Positions 23,501 through 30,812 of a DNA stretch of 64,000 bases are shown one piece after another. A model generated the notes under the pieces. That model saw only the letters and a list, made by a program, of their open reading frames with translations, ran no database searches and was not told the DNA's origin. Positions within the stretch are counted from its first letter, which is position 1. Each line of letters begins with the position of its first letter. Both the position numbers and the translations under genes were made by a program. Source of the DNA: Candidatus Woesearchaeota archaeon (GTDB lineage Archaea > Nanobdellota > Nanobdellia > UBA10117 > ARS21); assembly GCA_964344605.1 (NCBI GenBank), contig CAYFNR010000001.1, positions 23,439 to 87,438 of the forward strand. Direction: 5' to 3'.

Positions 23501-23989
23501 GACCAGTATGATCCAATTGGGTTCACACACCCCGTTCATAGTTTGGAGCAAGGCGTAAGTGTTTCGGCGTATAAATCCATTCCTACAATGTTTGAAAAAG
23601 TTGAGGGCCAACTTGATCTGGCAAAGAAGATACGAGCTGTTAAGGTTGAAGACGTCGCACAACTTGTAATAGAAAGACATTTCATTCGTGATATCAAAGG
23701 AAATCTTAGGAAGTATACTATGCAATCTTTTAGATGTGTGGTTTGCAATGAGATCCACCGCAGACCACCTTTGGCAGGTAGGTGTGTCAATTGTAATAAT
23801 CATAGACTTGTTTTTACGATTGCAGAAGGGTCCGTAAAAAAATATGTTGACGCTACAATGGCACTCTCAAAATATGAAAATGTGCCCGAATATTTACAAC
23901 AAAGTTTAGAGATATTACAGAACCGTCTAAACTCAGTTTTCGAAGAAGAAAAGACAAAACAAATCAGATTGCAGGGGTTCCTAAGTTAG
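20528..23989 (+). CDS. DNA polymerase D large subunit (DP2, catalytic)
   Basis: 1153 aa from the ATG at 20528, preceded by GGGGAG; the track start at 20483 is TTG. Size and Cys-cluster layout fit DP2 (CKSCNGRTIYSKCEVC; CVVCNEIHRRPPLAGRCVNC). No intein-sized insertion. Confidence 0.93.
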   Translation: MDIDTISNENVKKYFKELHTETSRLHNLANEARAKGYDPEPHVDIPLAAGVSQRVEALIGSIFPQILKSGVAERIDELENKYSPGELRIAFVLAEEIANQKFCKFEDEAESINAGVRTGFAYITQGVVSAPLEGLIDIKIKERRDGKKYLALYYAGPIRAAGGTPASMTVLIADYVRQKKGIDVYDPNEEEVKRFYTEVRDYCERVVRTQYTPSEEEITFLIERLPVALDGDPTEKLEVSNYKNLERVGTNRIRGGMCLVLSEALPLKAPKISKQIQNWAKDFGLENWSWLKEFIELKKQLRSGESNNNKVNKSVTPDFTYLSEIVAGRPVFGYPSLRGGFRLRYGRTRMSGCGSWAISPITMQLLNKYLATGSQLRVERPGKSTALTVCDSIAGPTVKLKDGSVLSPTSEQQAKKIVSEVSEILYLGDILISYGDFFEQAHCLTPPGYCPEWWAQELKKASKDSRKEPTQLEKELIENPFTKNPSLAEAQQISEKFNIPLHPKHTFFWDISIDEVKTLRKFLSETDKPNFIVTEQIKRSLELIGCRHTYKEERVILDPEVYAALKANLFGGSPVATHKESLAYVNSVSKYKIRDKFGTAIGVRMGRPEKAKLRQLKGSPSMMFPVSESGGRLRSLQSALEVGSITSNFPNFFCKSCNGRTIYSKCEVCKSRTELERACQICKIKTTKQRCHDKPTVAHTKRNIDINHYFNAAKQQLKLQNPPVLIKGVRGTSNKDHITEFLPKGLLRAKHKLKINKDCTIRYDLTELGITHFKPKEIGLSVERAKELGYVKDYEGKPLETEEQLIEIFPQDVILPSCPESADEKADDVLIRVASFVDEELKLIYGMDPIYNIKNREDLIGQLVIGLAPHTSAGIIGRIIGFSTKVCIFAHPFWHAAQRRDLDGEETCVMLAMDAFLNFSRQYLPNRRGSRSMDAPLVLTTMLDLKEVDDEVYDLDIATNYPLEFYEAALQLKNPWDIKSIPQVKSRVGKSDQYDPIGFTHPVHSLEQGVSVSAYKSIPTMFEKVEGQLDLAKKIRAVKVEDVAQLVIERHFIRDIKGNLRKYTMQSFRCVVCNEIHRRPPLAGRCVNCNNHRLVFTIAEGSVKKYVDATMALSKYENVPEYLQQSLEILQNRLNSVFEEEKTKQIRLQGFLS

Positions 23990-24718
23990 ATGGTAAAGAT
24001 AATTTGTCCAGATGGGACCGAAAAGACGGTAGAAGAAGTTTTACAAAGTGATTACTACCCAAAGACCGTATTAAAAGCTCTTTTAGATGGACGAGACAAG
24101 AAAAAAAGATCTCCGAAAGACCGCCAACGTTTTGGTGTAACAAGGCTGGTTAACGACTGTTTGAGGAAATCCTACTACGATCTAACAGAAGAGGTCCCCA
24201 TATCATTAGAACAGCTTTGGATTTTTAGCAGAGGACATGCCATCCATAATTTCTTCCAAGAGCATCTTACTGATGACGAGAAAGAGAAGTTCGTCGAAAA
24301 ACCTTTTCATGCTTTTGATGCTATTGGTTTTGTGGACGCCATTCAAGATAATACATTACTCGAGTTTAAGACAACGAGTAACATACCTACAGCACCAAAA
24401 CAAAGCCATATTCTACAAGCACAGGCTTACTTTTCCATGTTACCAAAAGAAGATCAAGATGCCATTGAAAATTTAAAAATTATATATTTTAGCTTAAGTA
24501 GGATTAAAGTATACGAAGTTCCAAAACGCAATATACTACCTTATTTAGAAGCTAGAGGAACGCTCTTGGCCCAGGCACTTAACTCCCAAACACCACCTAA
24601 CAGAGAAGAGTGTTGGTTGTGTAACGTCTGTGAATTCAGTAAAATCTGTCGTCCAAAAATGCTATATCCAAAAGAATATAATAATTCTGGACCGAATCAT
24701 AGGCAGAGTGAATTATGA
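23990..24718 (+). CDS. Cas4/RecB-like PD-(D/E)XK nuclease with Fe-S cluster cysteines
   Basis: N-terminal Cys (NDCLRKSYY), the D...EFK nuclease motif (VDAIQDNTLLEFKT), QxxxY (QAQAY) and C-terminal CWLCNVCEFSKIC. The ATG directly abuts the DP2 stop (TAG 23987-23989). Confidence 0.8.
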   Translation: MVKIICPDGTEKTVEEVLQSDYYPKTVLKALLDGRDKKKRSPKDRQRFGVTRLVNDCLRKSYYDLTEEVPISLEQLWIFSRGHAIHNFFQEHLTDDEKEKFVEKPFHAFDAIGFVDAIQDNTLLEFKTTSNIPTAPKQSHILQAQAYFSMLPKEDQDAIENLKIIYFSLSRIKVYEVPKRNILPYLEARGTLLAQALNSQTPPNREECWLCNVCEFSKICRPKMLYPKEYNNSGPNHRQSEL

Positions 24719-24821
24719 GTTGTTTCCAATGAGTTACTAAATGGAAGAGGATCTCTAATAGCTTCCAATAAACTTACAGATAATAAGGTCCGAGTATAAT
24801 GAATTCTATTCTCTAGCAGAT

Positions 24822-24843
24822 TTCCATCGGAAATAAAGGGGTC
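24822..24843 (+). repeat. Short ORB-like box, copy 1
   Basis: TTCCATCGGAAATAAAGGGGTC. Shares the TTCCAnnnGAAA core and GGGGT string with the oriC boxes. Confidence 0.6.
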
Positions 24844-24859
24844 TTTATTGGAAAGATGT

Positions 24860-24881
24860 TTCCAATAGAAATAAAGGGGTC
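24860..24881 (+). repeat. Short ORB-like box, copy 2
   Basis: TTCCAATAGAAATAAAGGGGTC. Same orientation, 38 nt downstream of copy 1, identical at 19 of 22 positions. Each copy is followed by TTGGAAAGA, giving a TTTCCA/TGGAAA dyad. Confidence 0.6.
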
Positions 24882-24995
24882 ACTTGGAAAGAGGGCTATT
24901 TCAAGCTCATTTTAGTTAAACAAAGAGAAAATAAAGCTTGTAGGTTGTAACTATTCTACTGTAGCTAAAACGTCGTCTATTGGAAAATACGAAAG

Positions 24996-25006
24996 TATAT
25001 ATATTT
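24996..25006 (+). promoter_or_regulatory. TATA-box candidate for the 25023 gene (leaderless-type spacing)
   Basis: tatatatattt, preceded by purine-rich cgaaag, ends about 17 nt before the ATG at 25023. Confidence 0.4.
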
Positions 25007-25022
25007 AGTTTTCTGAATAAGT

Positions 25023-25550
25023 ATGATTATGGTTATTTTTGACAACCAGAAACCTTCTGCTGAGCTCAAAGCAACGCTTAAGAACTTTCTAAAAAACCAA
25101 GATGCTGAGATAAAAGAATTGAAAAGTGAGATATCTCAACTCAAAAAGGATCAGACAAAACTAAAAGAAAAATACGAATTTGTTCTGGAAACTTTATTGG
25201 AAAAGTTGGGAAAAGGTTCCGACCGCTTTCCGACCGAGAATTCCGATATGGCACGGACAGTAATCAGAACAGCTAGACAGTCCATACAACTTAGTGATAT
25301 ACAGCTACTTATGCTCCTTGAGAATAGTAAAGCAACAAACAGGACGTTTGCTGTGACAGTGAACCAACTTATAACTGCTTTTTCTATAGAAGTGACAGGC
25401 AGAACATTAAGGAATAAGTTAGCATCTTTAGAGATGAGAGGGCTAGTCGCATCTTTTGGAAGCAGACCAAAATACTTCTTCTTAACTTCTTCTGGAGTAA
25501 ATCTTCTTCAGAAGCAAAAAAGGGGAGTCTTAAGTTTTGAGCCTCTTTGA
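25023..25550 (+). CDS. Coiled-coil plus winged-helix DNA-binding protein (hypothetical)
   Basis: 175 aa. N-terminal heptad-like KELKSEISQLKKDQTKLKEKYEF; C-terminal wHTH-like LITAFSIEVTGRTLRNKLASLEMRGLVASFGSRPKYFFLTSSG. Confidence 0.5.
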   Translation: MIMVIFDNQKPSAELKATLKNFLKNQDAEIKELKSEISQLKKDQTKLKEKYEFVLETLLEKLGKGSDRFPTENSDMARTVIRTARQSIQLSDIQLLMLLENSKATNRTFAVTVNQLITAFSIEVTGRTLRNKLASLEMRGLVASFGSRPKYFFLTSSGVNLLQKQKRGVLSFEPL

Positions 25551-25552
25551 TA

Positions 25553-26758
25553 TTATATTGTGCTCCCAACAATAACAGGTAGACTAAGTACACCCATTGC
25601 GTGGATCTTTTTTACACCAGATAATTGACTCAGTATGCCTATTGAAGTTGCAATAGTCATCACTACTAGGCCTAAAAATCCCGAAAACGCTAAAACCATC
25701 GATGTGACTAAAAGTATAATAGCAAAAGATATAGTTGAATAAGGTATGGTGTCTATATTCTTGGCAAAGCTCTTCCCTACTTTAATTGTTATATAAACTG
25801 CCAACCAAACTGCCGAAAAAGCTACGGCTACAAGCACCATATATTCTTGAAAACCTATGTTAGACATCTGTTGAACTACTACCAAAACCCCACTGCGGGC
25901 CTTACCTATAATGTACAAAGTTGTCAAAGTGAATAAAGTGTCGACTGTGTTTATACCACCCAAGATTACTAAAAACCTCTCTGGTCTTTTGAAGCCGGAA
26001 AATCCTTGAGCCAATATGGCTGCTTGTGAAGGTCCCAAAGTAGGGAGTAGACCCATTAAACTTCCCGCTAGAACAGCTTTAAAACCATCCTTTATATTAG
26101 AAAATGAGAAAATTTTTGTTTCGTAGTCAAACTTCTGTTTAGGAATTTTAATTTCTGATTTCAGCGATAGGATTAAGACACTTATACCAAATAGTCCAGA
26201 AAGCATAGGAAATAAAGGTTGCCTCACAGGGAGGGCTCCCAAAACAATAACACCCAAACTACCTGCTAAGAAGTAGATGATTGCAGCCCAAACTATTTTT
26301 TTATTTTCAACTTCTAAAATGATGAAATATGCCGCCAAAGTTACTAAAACTGGTGCAGCAAGGAATGCTAGATGTGGTTCAAGGAGTTTTATGATTTTTA
26401 TCAAAAGAGGTAGAAGCATCAGTGTTAATAAAAATGCAGAAACTCCTCCACTAAGAGTATATTTCAAAGCTTTCAAGCCTAAACCCTCTGCTAGCATCCT
26501 GTGTCCAGGTAAAACAGACAAGACTGTAGACGATTCTGGAGCCCCAAGGAAAATACTAGGTATATAATCAACAAAAGAATGAACAACAACCATAGATATC
26601 AAAAATGCACCAATTGTAAGAAACTCAAATTTTTCCAACACAAATCCTACAGAACTAACAACTAAGATCGCGATAGTATTAGTGTGTAAACCAGGAATTA
26701 GCCCAGTAATTGTCCCAACAAGACTACCAGCCAAAACGGCTAGAATTAGCTCCCACAT
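25553..26758 (-). CDS. TctA-like / DUF112 family integral membrane transporter
   Basis: About 400 aa, polytopic, with N-terminal GSLVGTITGLIPGLHTN typical of the family. The track start at 26767 is TTG; the ATG at 26758 is preferred. Confidence 0.65.
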   Translation of the reverse strand: MWELILAVLAGSLVGTITGLIPGLHTNTIAILVVSSVGFVLEKFEFLTIGAFLISMVVVHSFVDYIPSIFLGAPESSTVLSVLPGHRMLAEGLGLKALKYTLSGGVSAFLLTLMLLPLLIKIIKLLEPHLAFLAAPVLVTLAAYFIILEVENKKIVWAAIIYFLAGSLGVIVLGALPVRQPLFPMLSGLFGISVLILSLKSEIKIPKQKFDYETKIFSFSNIKDGFKAVLAGSLMGLLPTLGPSQAAILAQGFSGFKRPERFLVILGGINTVDTLFTLTTLYIIGKARSGVLVVVQQMSNIGFQEYMVLVAVAFSAVWLAVYITIKVGKSFAKNIDTIPYSTISFAIILLVTSMVLAFSGFLGLVVMTIATSIGILSQLSGVKKIHAMGVLSLPVIVGSTI

Positions 26759-27126
26759 TTTAAACAAGTAATCTCATCAGCAATGATTTCTAATTTTCCC
26801 TTGTAGAGGGAAGCCTCTCCAGATACACCTATCTTATCTCCTTTGGAAATAACTTCCTCTAAGCTGTCAAAGACGACCACAAGTAATTCTCCGCTTATAT
26901 CTTCAACAGTAAAGAAAGTAGAAGTTTCTTTATAGCTTGCACTTTGGACAGAACCCTCAATATAAACTTGATTTCCAATATTATCAATAACTTCAGATAT
27001 AAGTATTGATTTGGGTTCAACGAATTCAGTCATAACTAAAAGTGATAGTAGCCCTACGAGGGCGAAGCTTAACGACAGCCTTAAGAGCTTGCTGTCTTCC
27101 ATATCTATAATTTGAGAGCCCCACAT
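26746..27126 (-). CDS. Membrane-anchored OB-fold protein
   Basis: 126 aa with one N-terminal TM helix, then an OB-like segment: VYIEGSVQSASYKETSTFFTVEDISGELLVVVF...GDKIGVSGEASLYKGKLEI. Confidence 0.55.
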   Translation of the reverse strand: MWGSQIIDMEDSKLLRLSLSFALVGLLSLLVMTEFVEPKSILISEVIDNIGNQVYIEGSVQSASYKETSTFFTVEDISGELLVVVFDSLEEVISKGDKIGVSGEASLYKGKLEIIADEITCLKCGS

Positions 27127-27150
27127 TTATAATTTAATCTTCTTGAGTGA

Positions 27151-28053
27151 ATGAATCTATTTAATTCAATCATGGCTCTTAATCTGATGAAAGAGTACCA
27201 ACATATAGTCTCAAAAATTCTCAGCGACGGAGCCCAAAAACCTAATAGGACAGGCATTGGATCTTATATGGTGCCTGGATTAAAATTCCAACATGATATG
27301 TCTAAGGGCTTTCCATTACTAACAACAAAAAAAATGCCGTATCACTTGATTGTATCGGAACTAGAGTTCTTCATTAAGGGTGTGACGGATAAGCGATGGC
27401 TACAGTTCCGGGGCAATCACATATGGGATGAGTGGTGTAATCCAGAAATAGTACCTTATGGACACGATGAAGAGACAAGAGAAAGGATGATAGACGAGCG
27501 TGATCTCGGCCCAGTTTATGGCTTTCAATGGAGATATTTCGGTGCTGAGTATAAGGGATGTGATGAAGATTATAACGGAGAAGGTGTAGACCAACTGGCA
27601 AATCTTGTAGACATGCTTAAAGAGAACCCACATGACCGTAGGATGGTTGTATCTTCTTGGAATCCAGTCCAACAACACCAAATGGCAATACCTCCTTGCC
27701 ATTATAGTTTCCAAGTAGTCACATCTGAAGATAGATTAAATTTACTGTGGAACCAACGTTCTGTTGATACTATGTTGGGCTTACCTTTTAATATAGCAAG
27801 TTATGCTACCCTTCTACATTTATTGTCTAAGGAGGCCGGACTAGAAGAGGGCACACTTTCTGGTTTTCTGGGAGATGTTCATATATATGAAAATCACGTT
27901 GAAGGGGCGGAAGAGCAAGTCAAAAGAGAACCTTTCAACTTACCAAAAATTAAAACTGAGAACTTCACTTCAATCTTTGATTGGGAGTATACAGATACTG
28001 AATTGGTTGGTTATGAACACCATCCTTTACTAAAATTTGACATTGCTGTGTAA
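27151..28053 (+). CDS. thyA: Thymidylate synthase (ThyA type)
   Basis: PNRTGIGS, the catalytic Cys context AIPPCHYSFQV, and DTMLGLPFNIASYATLLHL. The start could instead be a downstream ATG (27172 or 27187). Confidence 0.93.
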   Translation: MNLFNSIMALNLMKEYQHIVSKILSDGAQKPNRTGIGSYMVPGLKFQHDMSKGFPLLTTKKMPYHLIVSELEFFIKGVTDKRWLQFRGNHIWDEWCNPEIVPYGHDEETRERMIDERDLGPVYGFQWRYFGAEYKGCDEDYNGEGVDQLANLVDMLKENPHDRRMVVSSWNPVQQHQMAIPPCHYSFQVVTSEDRLNLLWNQRSVDTMLGLPFNIASYATLLHLLSKEAGLEEGTLSGFLGDVHIYENHVEGAEEQVKREPFNLPKIKTENFTSIFDWEYTDTELVGYEHHPLLKFDIAV

Positions 28054-28562
28054 TGGGAAAGATGAAGAGACCATCAAAAGATGAGTATTATCTAGGAATA
28101 GCTTTGGCTTACTCAAAAAGATCAACTTGTTTGCTTAGACGATATGGAGCAATAATTGTAGTTGACGATGCTGTAGTCAGTCAAGGGTATAATGGATCTC
28201 CTAGAGGTATGGAAAACTATGTTGAATCTGGAGAATGTCCTAGAATGAAAGCTGGTTGCAAACCCGGAGAAGGCTACGACCTTTGTATAGAGATACATGC
28301 TGAAGCAAACGCAGTCATCAACGCAGCCAGAACAGGCGCTAAAGTTGTTGGTGGGATTTTGTATGTTGCAGGAGAGCACGTTGAAACGGGCAAATTAAGC
28401 AATGCAACTCCTTGCAAGCAATGCGCTGCTTTAATCATAAATTCTGGAGTAAGCAAAGTTATTTCTCAACACGAAAATGAGATTGTGACATATGACCCAC
28501 AGAGATGGGTGAAAAATGGTTTACCAGATTATAGTGCTTTGAACACGCCCAAAGAAGAGTAG
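28053..28562 (+). CDS. dCMP deaminase (CMP/dCMP-type zinc deaminase)
   Basis: HAEANAV and PCKQCA zinc-ligand motifs. Its ATG overlaps the thyA TAA (TAATG). Confidence 0.9.
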   Translation: MGKMKRPSKDEYYLGIALAYSKRSTCLLRRYGAIIVVDDAVVSQGYNGSPRGMENYVESGECPRMKAGCKPGEGYDLCIEIHAEANAVINAARTGAKVVGGILYVAGEHVETGKLSNATPCKQCAALIINSGVSKVISQHENEIVTYDPQRWVKNGLPDYSALNTPKEE

Positions 28563-29071
28563 ATTGGTCCGCTCTTTTTTAATTTACTCTCCATAAGATG
28601 AAACTCTTTTACTTTGAATTTACCAAAGCTTTTAATTTCGTACTTTTCAAATAATTTTTTCGTAGTTGATTTAGTACTGGATTTTACCCTACAAAAAGTT
28701 GCATGGTTGTGAAAAGGCCTACCTTCTTTTTCGAACCCTAGCTTGAACAACATGTCTTCAATATCGGTTGCTAACTTTGTGAGTTCTTCGTTAGTGAATC
28801 CAACCCATAATACTCTTGGACTCGTTTGGGTTGGGAATGCACCAACACCTTTTAACTCACAATCAAAACTATTGAATTTAATCTTTGACAGTGCTTTCTT
28901 TAATCCATCTAATTTTGACTCATCGACCCAACCTAAAAATTTCATAGTTATGTGTATATTGTCAGAATCAACAAACTTACCTTCTACTGTTTTTCCGAAT
29001 TCTAAACTTGCTTTGTAGATATCATCCCTTATTCTCTTAGGAATTTCTATAGATATGAAAAGCCTAATCAT
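28529..29071 (-). CDS. 2H phosphoesterase, 2'-5' RNA ligase / ThpR (LigT) family
   Basis: 180 aa with the two HxT/S motifs HITMKF and HATFCR. Confidence 0.8.
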   Translation of the reverse strand: MIRLFISIEIPKRIRDDIYKASLEFGKTVEGKFVDSDNIHITMKFLGWVDESKLDGLKKALSKIKFNSFDCELKGVGAFPTQTSPRVLWVGFTNEELTKLATDIEDMLFKLGFEKEGRPFHNHATFCRVKSSTKSTTKKLFEKYEIKSFGKFKVKEFHLMESKLKKSGPIYSSLGVFKAL

Positions 29072-29108
29072 AATTTAGTAATAGTGATTCTACCAAATAA
29101 AGCTTTAT

Positions 29109-29807
29109 ATGACTCTCTCACTTGGTTACGACATGTTACTTCCTGGCTTTCAAGAAAATTCTTTTACAGCATGGCCAGGAAGATTAAGTTCGGTAGTCTA
29201 TTTTTCAAGGACAAATTTACTACCTCCCTATATGCGCGGACAAGCTAGAAACCTACATCTCCACCCAACACCCTGGACAAAAATTCGTCTTGCTCTAGAG
29301 AAGAATAAAAATTGGATAGACGGCGTTGTTTTGACTGGAGGAGAGCCCACTTTATACCCTCACCTATCTTTACTTTGTAATAAGATAAAGTTGGCTGGAT
29401 TCCCTGTAAAGATTGATACGAATGGAACAAATCCAGATATTTTATTGGAGTTGATCCAAAAGAAGTTGGTAGATTTTGTTTCATTGTATGTTTATGCGCC
29501 GCTTGACTTCCAAAAACACAGCAGAGCAACATCACTTAGAGACAAGCAACTTTTTATGGCAATTAGACGGAGCGTCTCAAATGTTGTTACTGGTGGTTTC
29601 CCACATGAGATAGTTACAATAGCAGCCCACGAGTTCCATTCAACCCAAGACATAAGAGACATAACGAGCCAAGTCAGACTTGCGCAAAAATACGTCATTC
29701 AAAACTCGCAAAATGAATATGCATTGACTGACCGTGAGCTTAATACTTTAGCATTCGCTGCTAAAGATACTATCCGCAACACGGAAATCCGAAAAACTAC
29801 TACTTAA
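29109..29807 (+). CDS. Radical-SAM activase homologue (NrdG-like family) lacking the CX3CX2C cluster motif
   Basis: Family blocks GFQENSFTAWPGR, GVVLTGGEPTL and VKIDTNGTNPDILLELI are present. FSRTNLLPPYMRG sits where FxxGCNxRCPYCHN is expected, and the whole protein has a single Cys. Confidence 0.7.
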   Translation: MTLSLGYDMLLPGFQENSFTAWPGRLSSVVYFSRTNLLPPYMRGQARNLHLHPTPWTKIRLALEKNKNWIDGVVLTGGEPTLYPHLSLLCNKIKLAGFPVKIDTNGTNPDILLELIQKKLVDFVSLYVYAPLDFQKHSRATSLRDKQLFMAIRRSVSNVVTGGFPHEIVTIAAHEFHSTQDIRDITSQVRLAQKYVIQNSQNEYALTDRELNTLAFAAKDTIRNTEIRKTTT

Positions 29808-29878
29808 GAATAGAAAATCTTATATTCAAACTACGGAAGAATAGAAGAGTATATAATAGATTAAAGGACAATACTGTC

Positions 29879-30136
29879 ATGGCTAATCGAAACCTTTCAA
29901 AAGATATTGTTGGAAAAACCGTCGTTTCTAAATCAGGTAAGAGGTTTGGTCTTGTTGGTGATATAATTTTTGAGTCAAGAACTGGCGAGTTAATTTACGT
30001 TTCACTGAAGACACCAACAGCACATGCAAAAGGCTTGGACCTTGAAAAAGGTCGTTCTGGTTCGCTTTTGATACCTTTTAGCGCAGTAATCTCAATAGGA
30101 GATTTTTTAATAGTCTCTGAAGAAGACATTATTTGA
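29879..30136 (+). CDS. PRC-barrel domain protein
   Basis: 85 aa with IVGKTVVSKSGKRFGLVGDIIFESRTGELIYVSL...LIPFSAVISIGDFLIV. Confidence 0.6.
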   Translation: MANRNLSKDIVGKTVVSKSGKRFGLVGDIIFESRTGELIYVSLKTPTAHAKGLDLEKGRSGSLLIPFSAVISIGDFLIVSEEDII

Positions 30137-30143
30137 TACTTAT

Positions 30144-30812
30144 TTAATTAGGTAGAACAATAGCTTTTACACCATTAGATTTTAAATATTTAATATCTTT
30201 TTTATTAGGTAAACACATGCCAGGCAAGGAAAAATCCGCAAATAAGATTTTTTCCTTACTTAGATCTTCACAGACTTTTTTAGATGGTTTCATCATATAG
30301 CCTTTCTCGTTAAAAGGAGATAATATGTAATTTACTCCTGAATCCCACTGATTTAATTTCGTAAGCAAATGCCCTAAGTTTTTAGTGGATAGGCCTGGTT
30401 CTGCGCCAAATTTCTTCACAAGATTAACAAAAACCTCAAGAAGTTTTTTATTGTTATTTGCAATGGCAAGATCAGTTATTTGTGCATGTAAGAAAATAAA
30501 TTTAGGTTTATGTTTTTTGAAATCCAACAGCTCCACAAAGAGCAAGACTTCTAATAGGCTGCCAAAATTCTTCTTTAAAACTTTCCTCCCTCGCTTGGCC
30601 CCAAATAAACCAAGTCTCAATAATTTGACCGGTCCAAGTCTCAACACTCTTCGCACACCCATCCCAACCAAACCATATCTATTCATGTCGCGTATATATT
30701 GCGATGCGTTAGGTATTATAGGTATGACCTTAACATCTCCAGAAATTGTACTGTTTGTAGTGAATACAGTCCCAGAAGCACCATCTTTGGATGTAAAGCG
30801 AATACTTTTCAT
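30144..30812 (-). CDS. Hypothetical protein (first gene of the glycan locus)
   Basis: 222-aa ORF, ATG start, overlaps the upstream gene's stop by 4 nt. No family recognised. Confidence 0.45.
   Translation of the reverse strand: MKSIRFTSKDGASGTVFTTNSTISGDVKVIPIIPNASQYIRDMNRYGLVGMGVRRVLRLGPVKLLRLGLFGAKRGRKVLKKNFGSLLEVLLFVELLDFKKHKPKFIFLHAQITDLAIANNNKKLLEVFVNLVKKFGAEPGLSTKNLGHLLTKLNQWDSGVNYILSPFNEKGYMMKPSKKVCEDLSKEKILFADFSLPGMCLPNKKDIKYLKSNGVKAIVLPN

Noticed and set aside
24822-24881. Two 22-nt direct repeats that could be mistaken for a mini CRISPR array
   Set aside because: There are only two copies, the spacer is 16 nt (repeat period 38 nt), the copies are not identical, and no cas genes other than a solo Cas4-like nuclease are present. 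The motif matches the ORB-like boxes at oriC instead.
28529-28562. 34-nt convergent 3' overlap of dCMP deaminase and LigT as an antisense regulatory feature
   Set aside because: Similar small convergent overlaps occur elsewhere in this compact window (35465-35473, 48006-48009, 62539-62542). Nothing structured is visible in the overlap.
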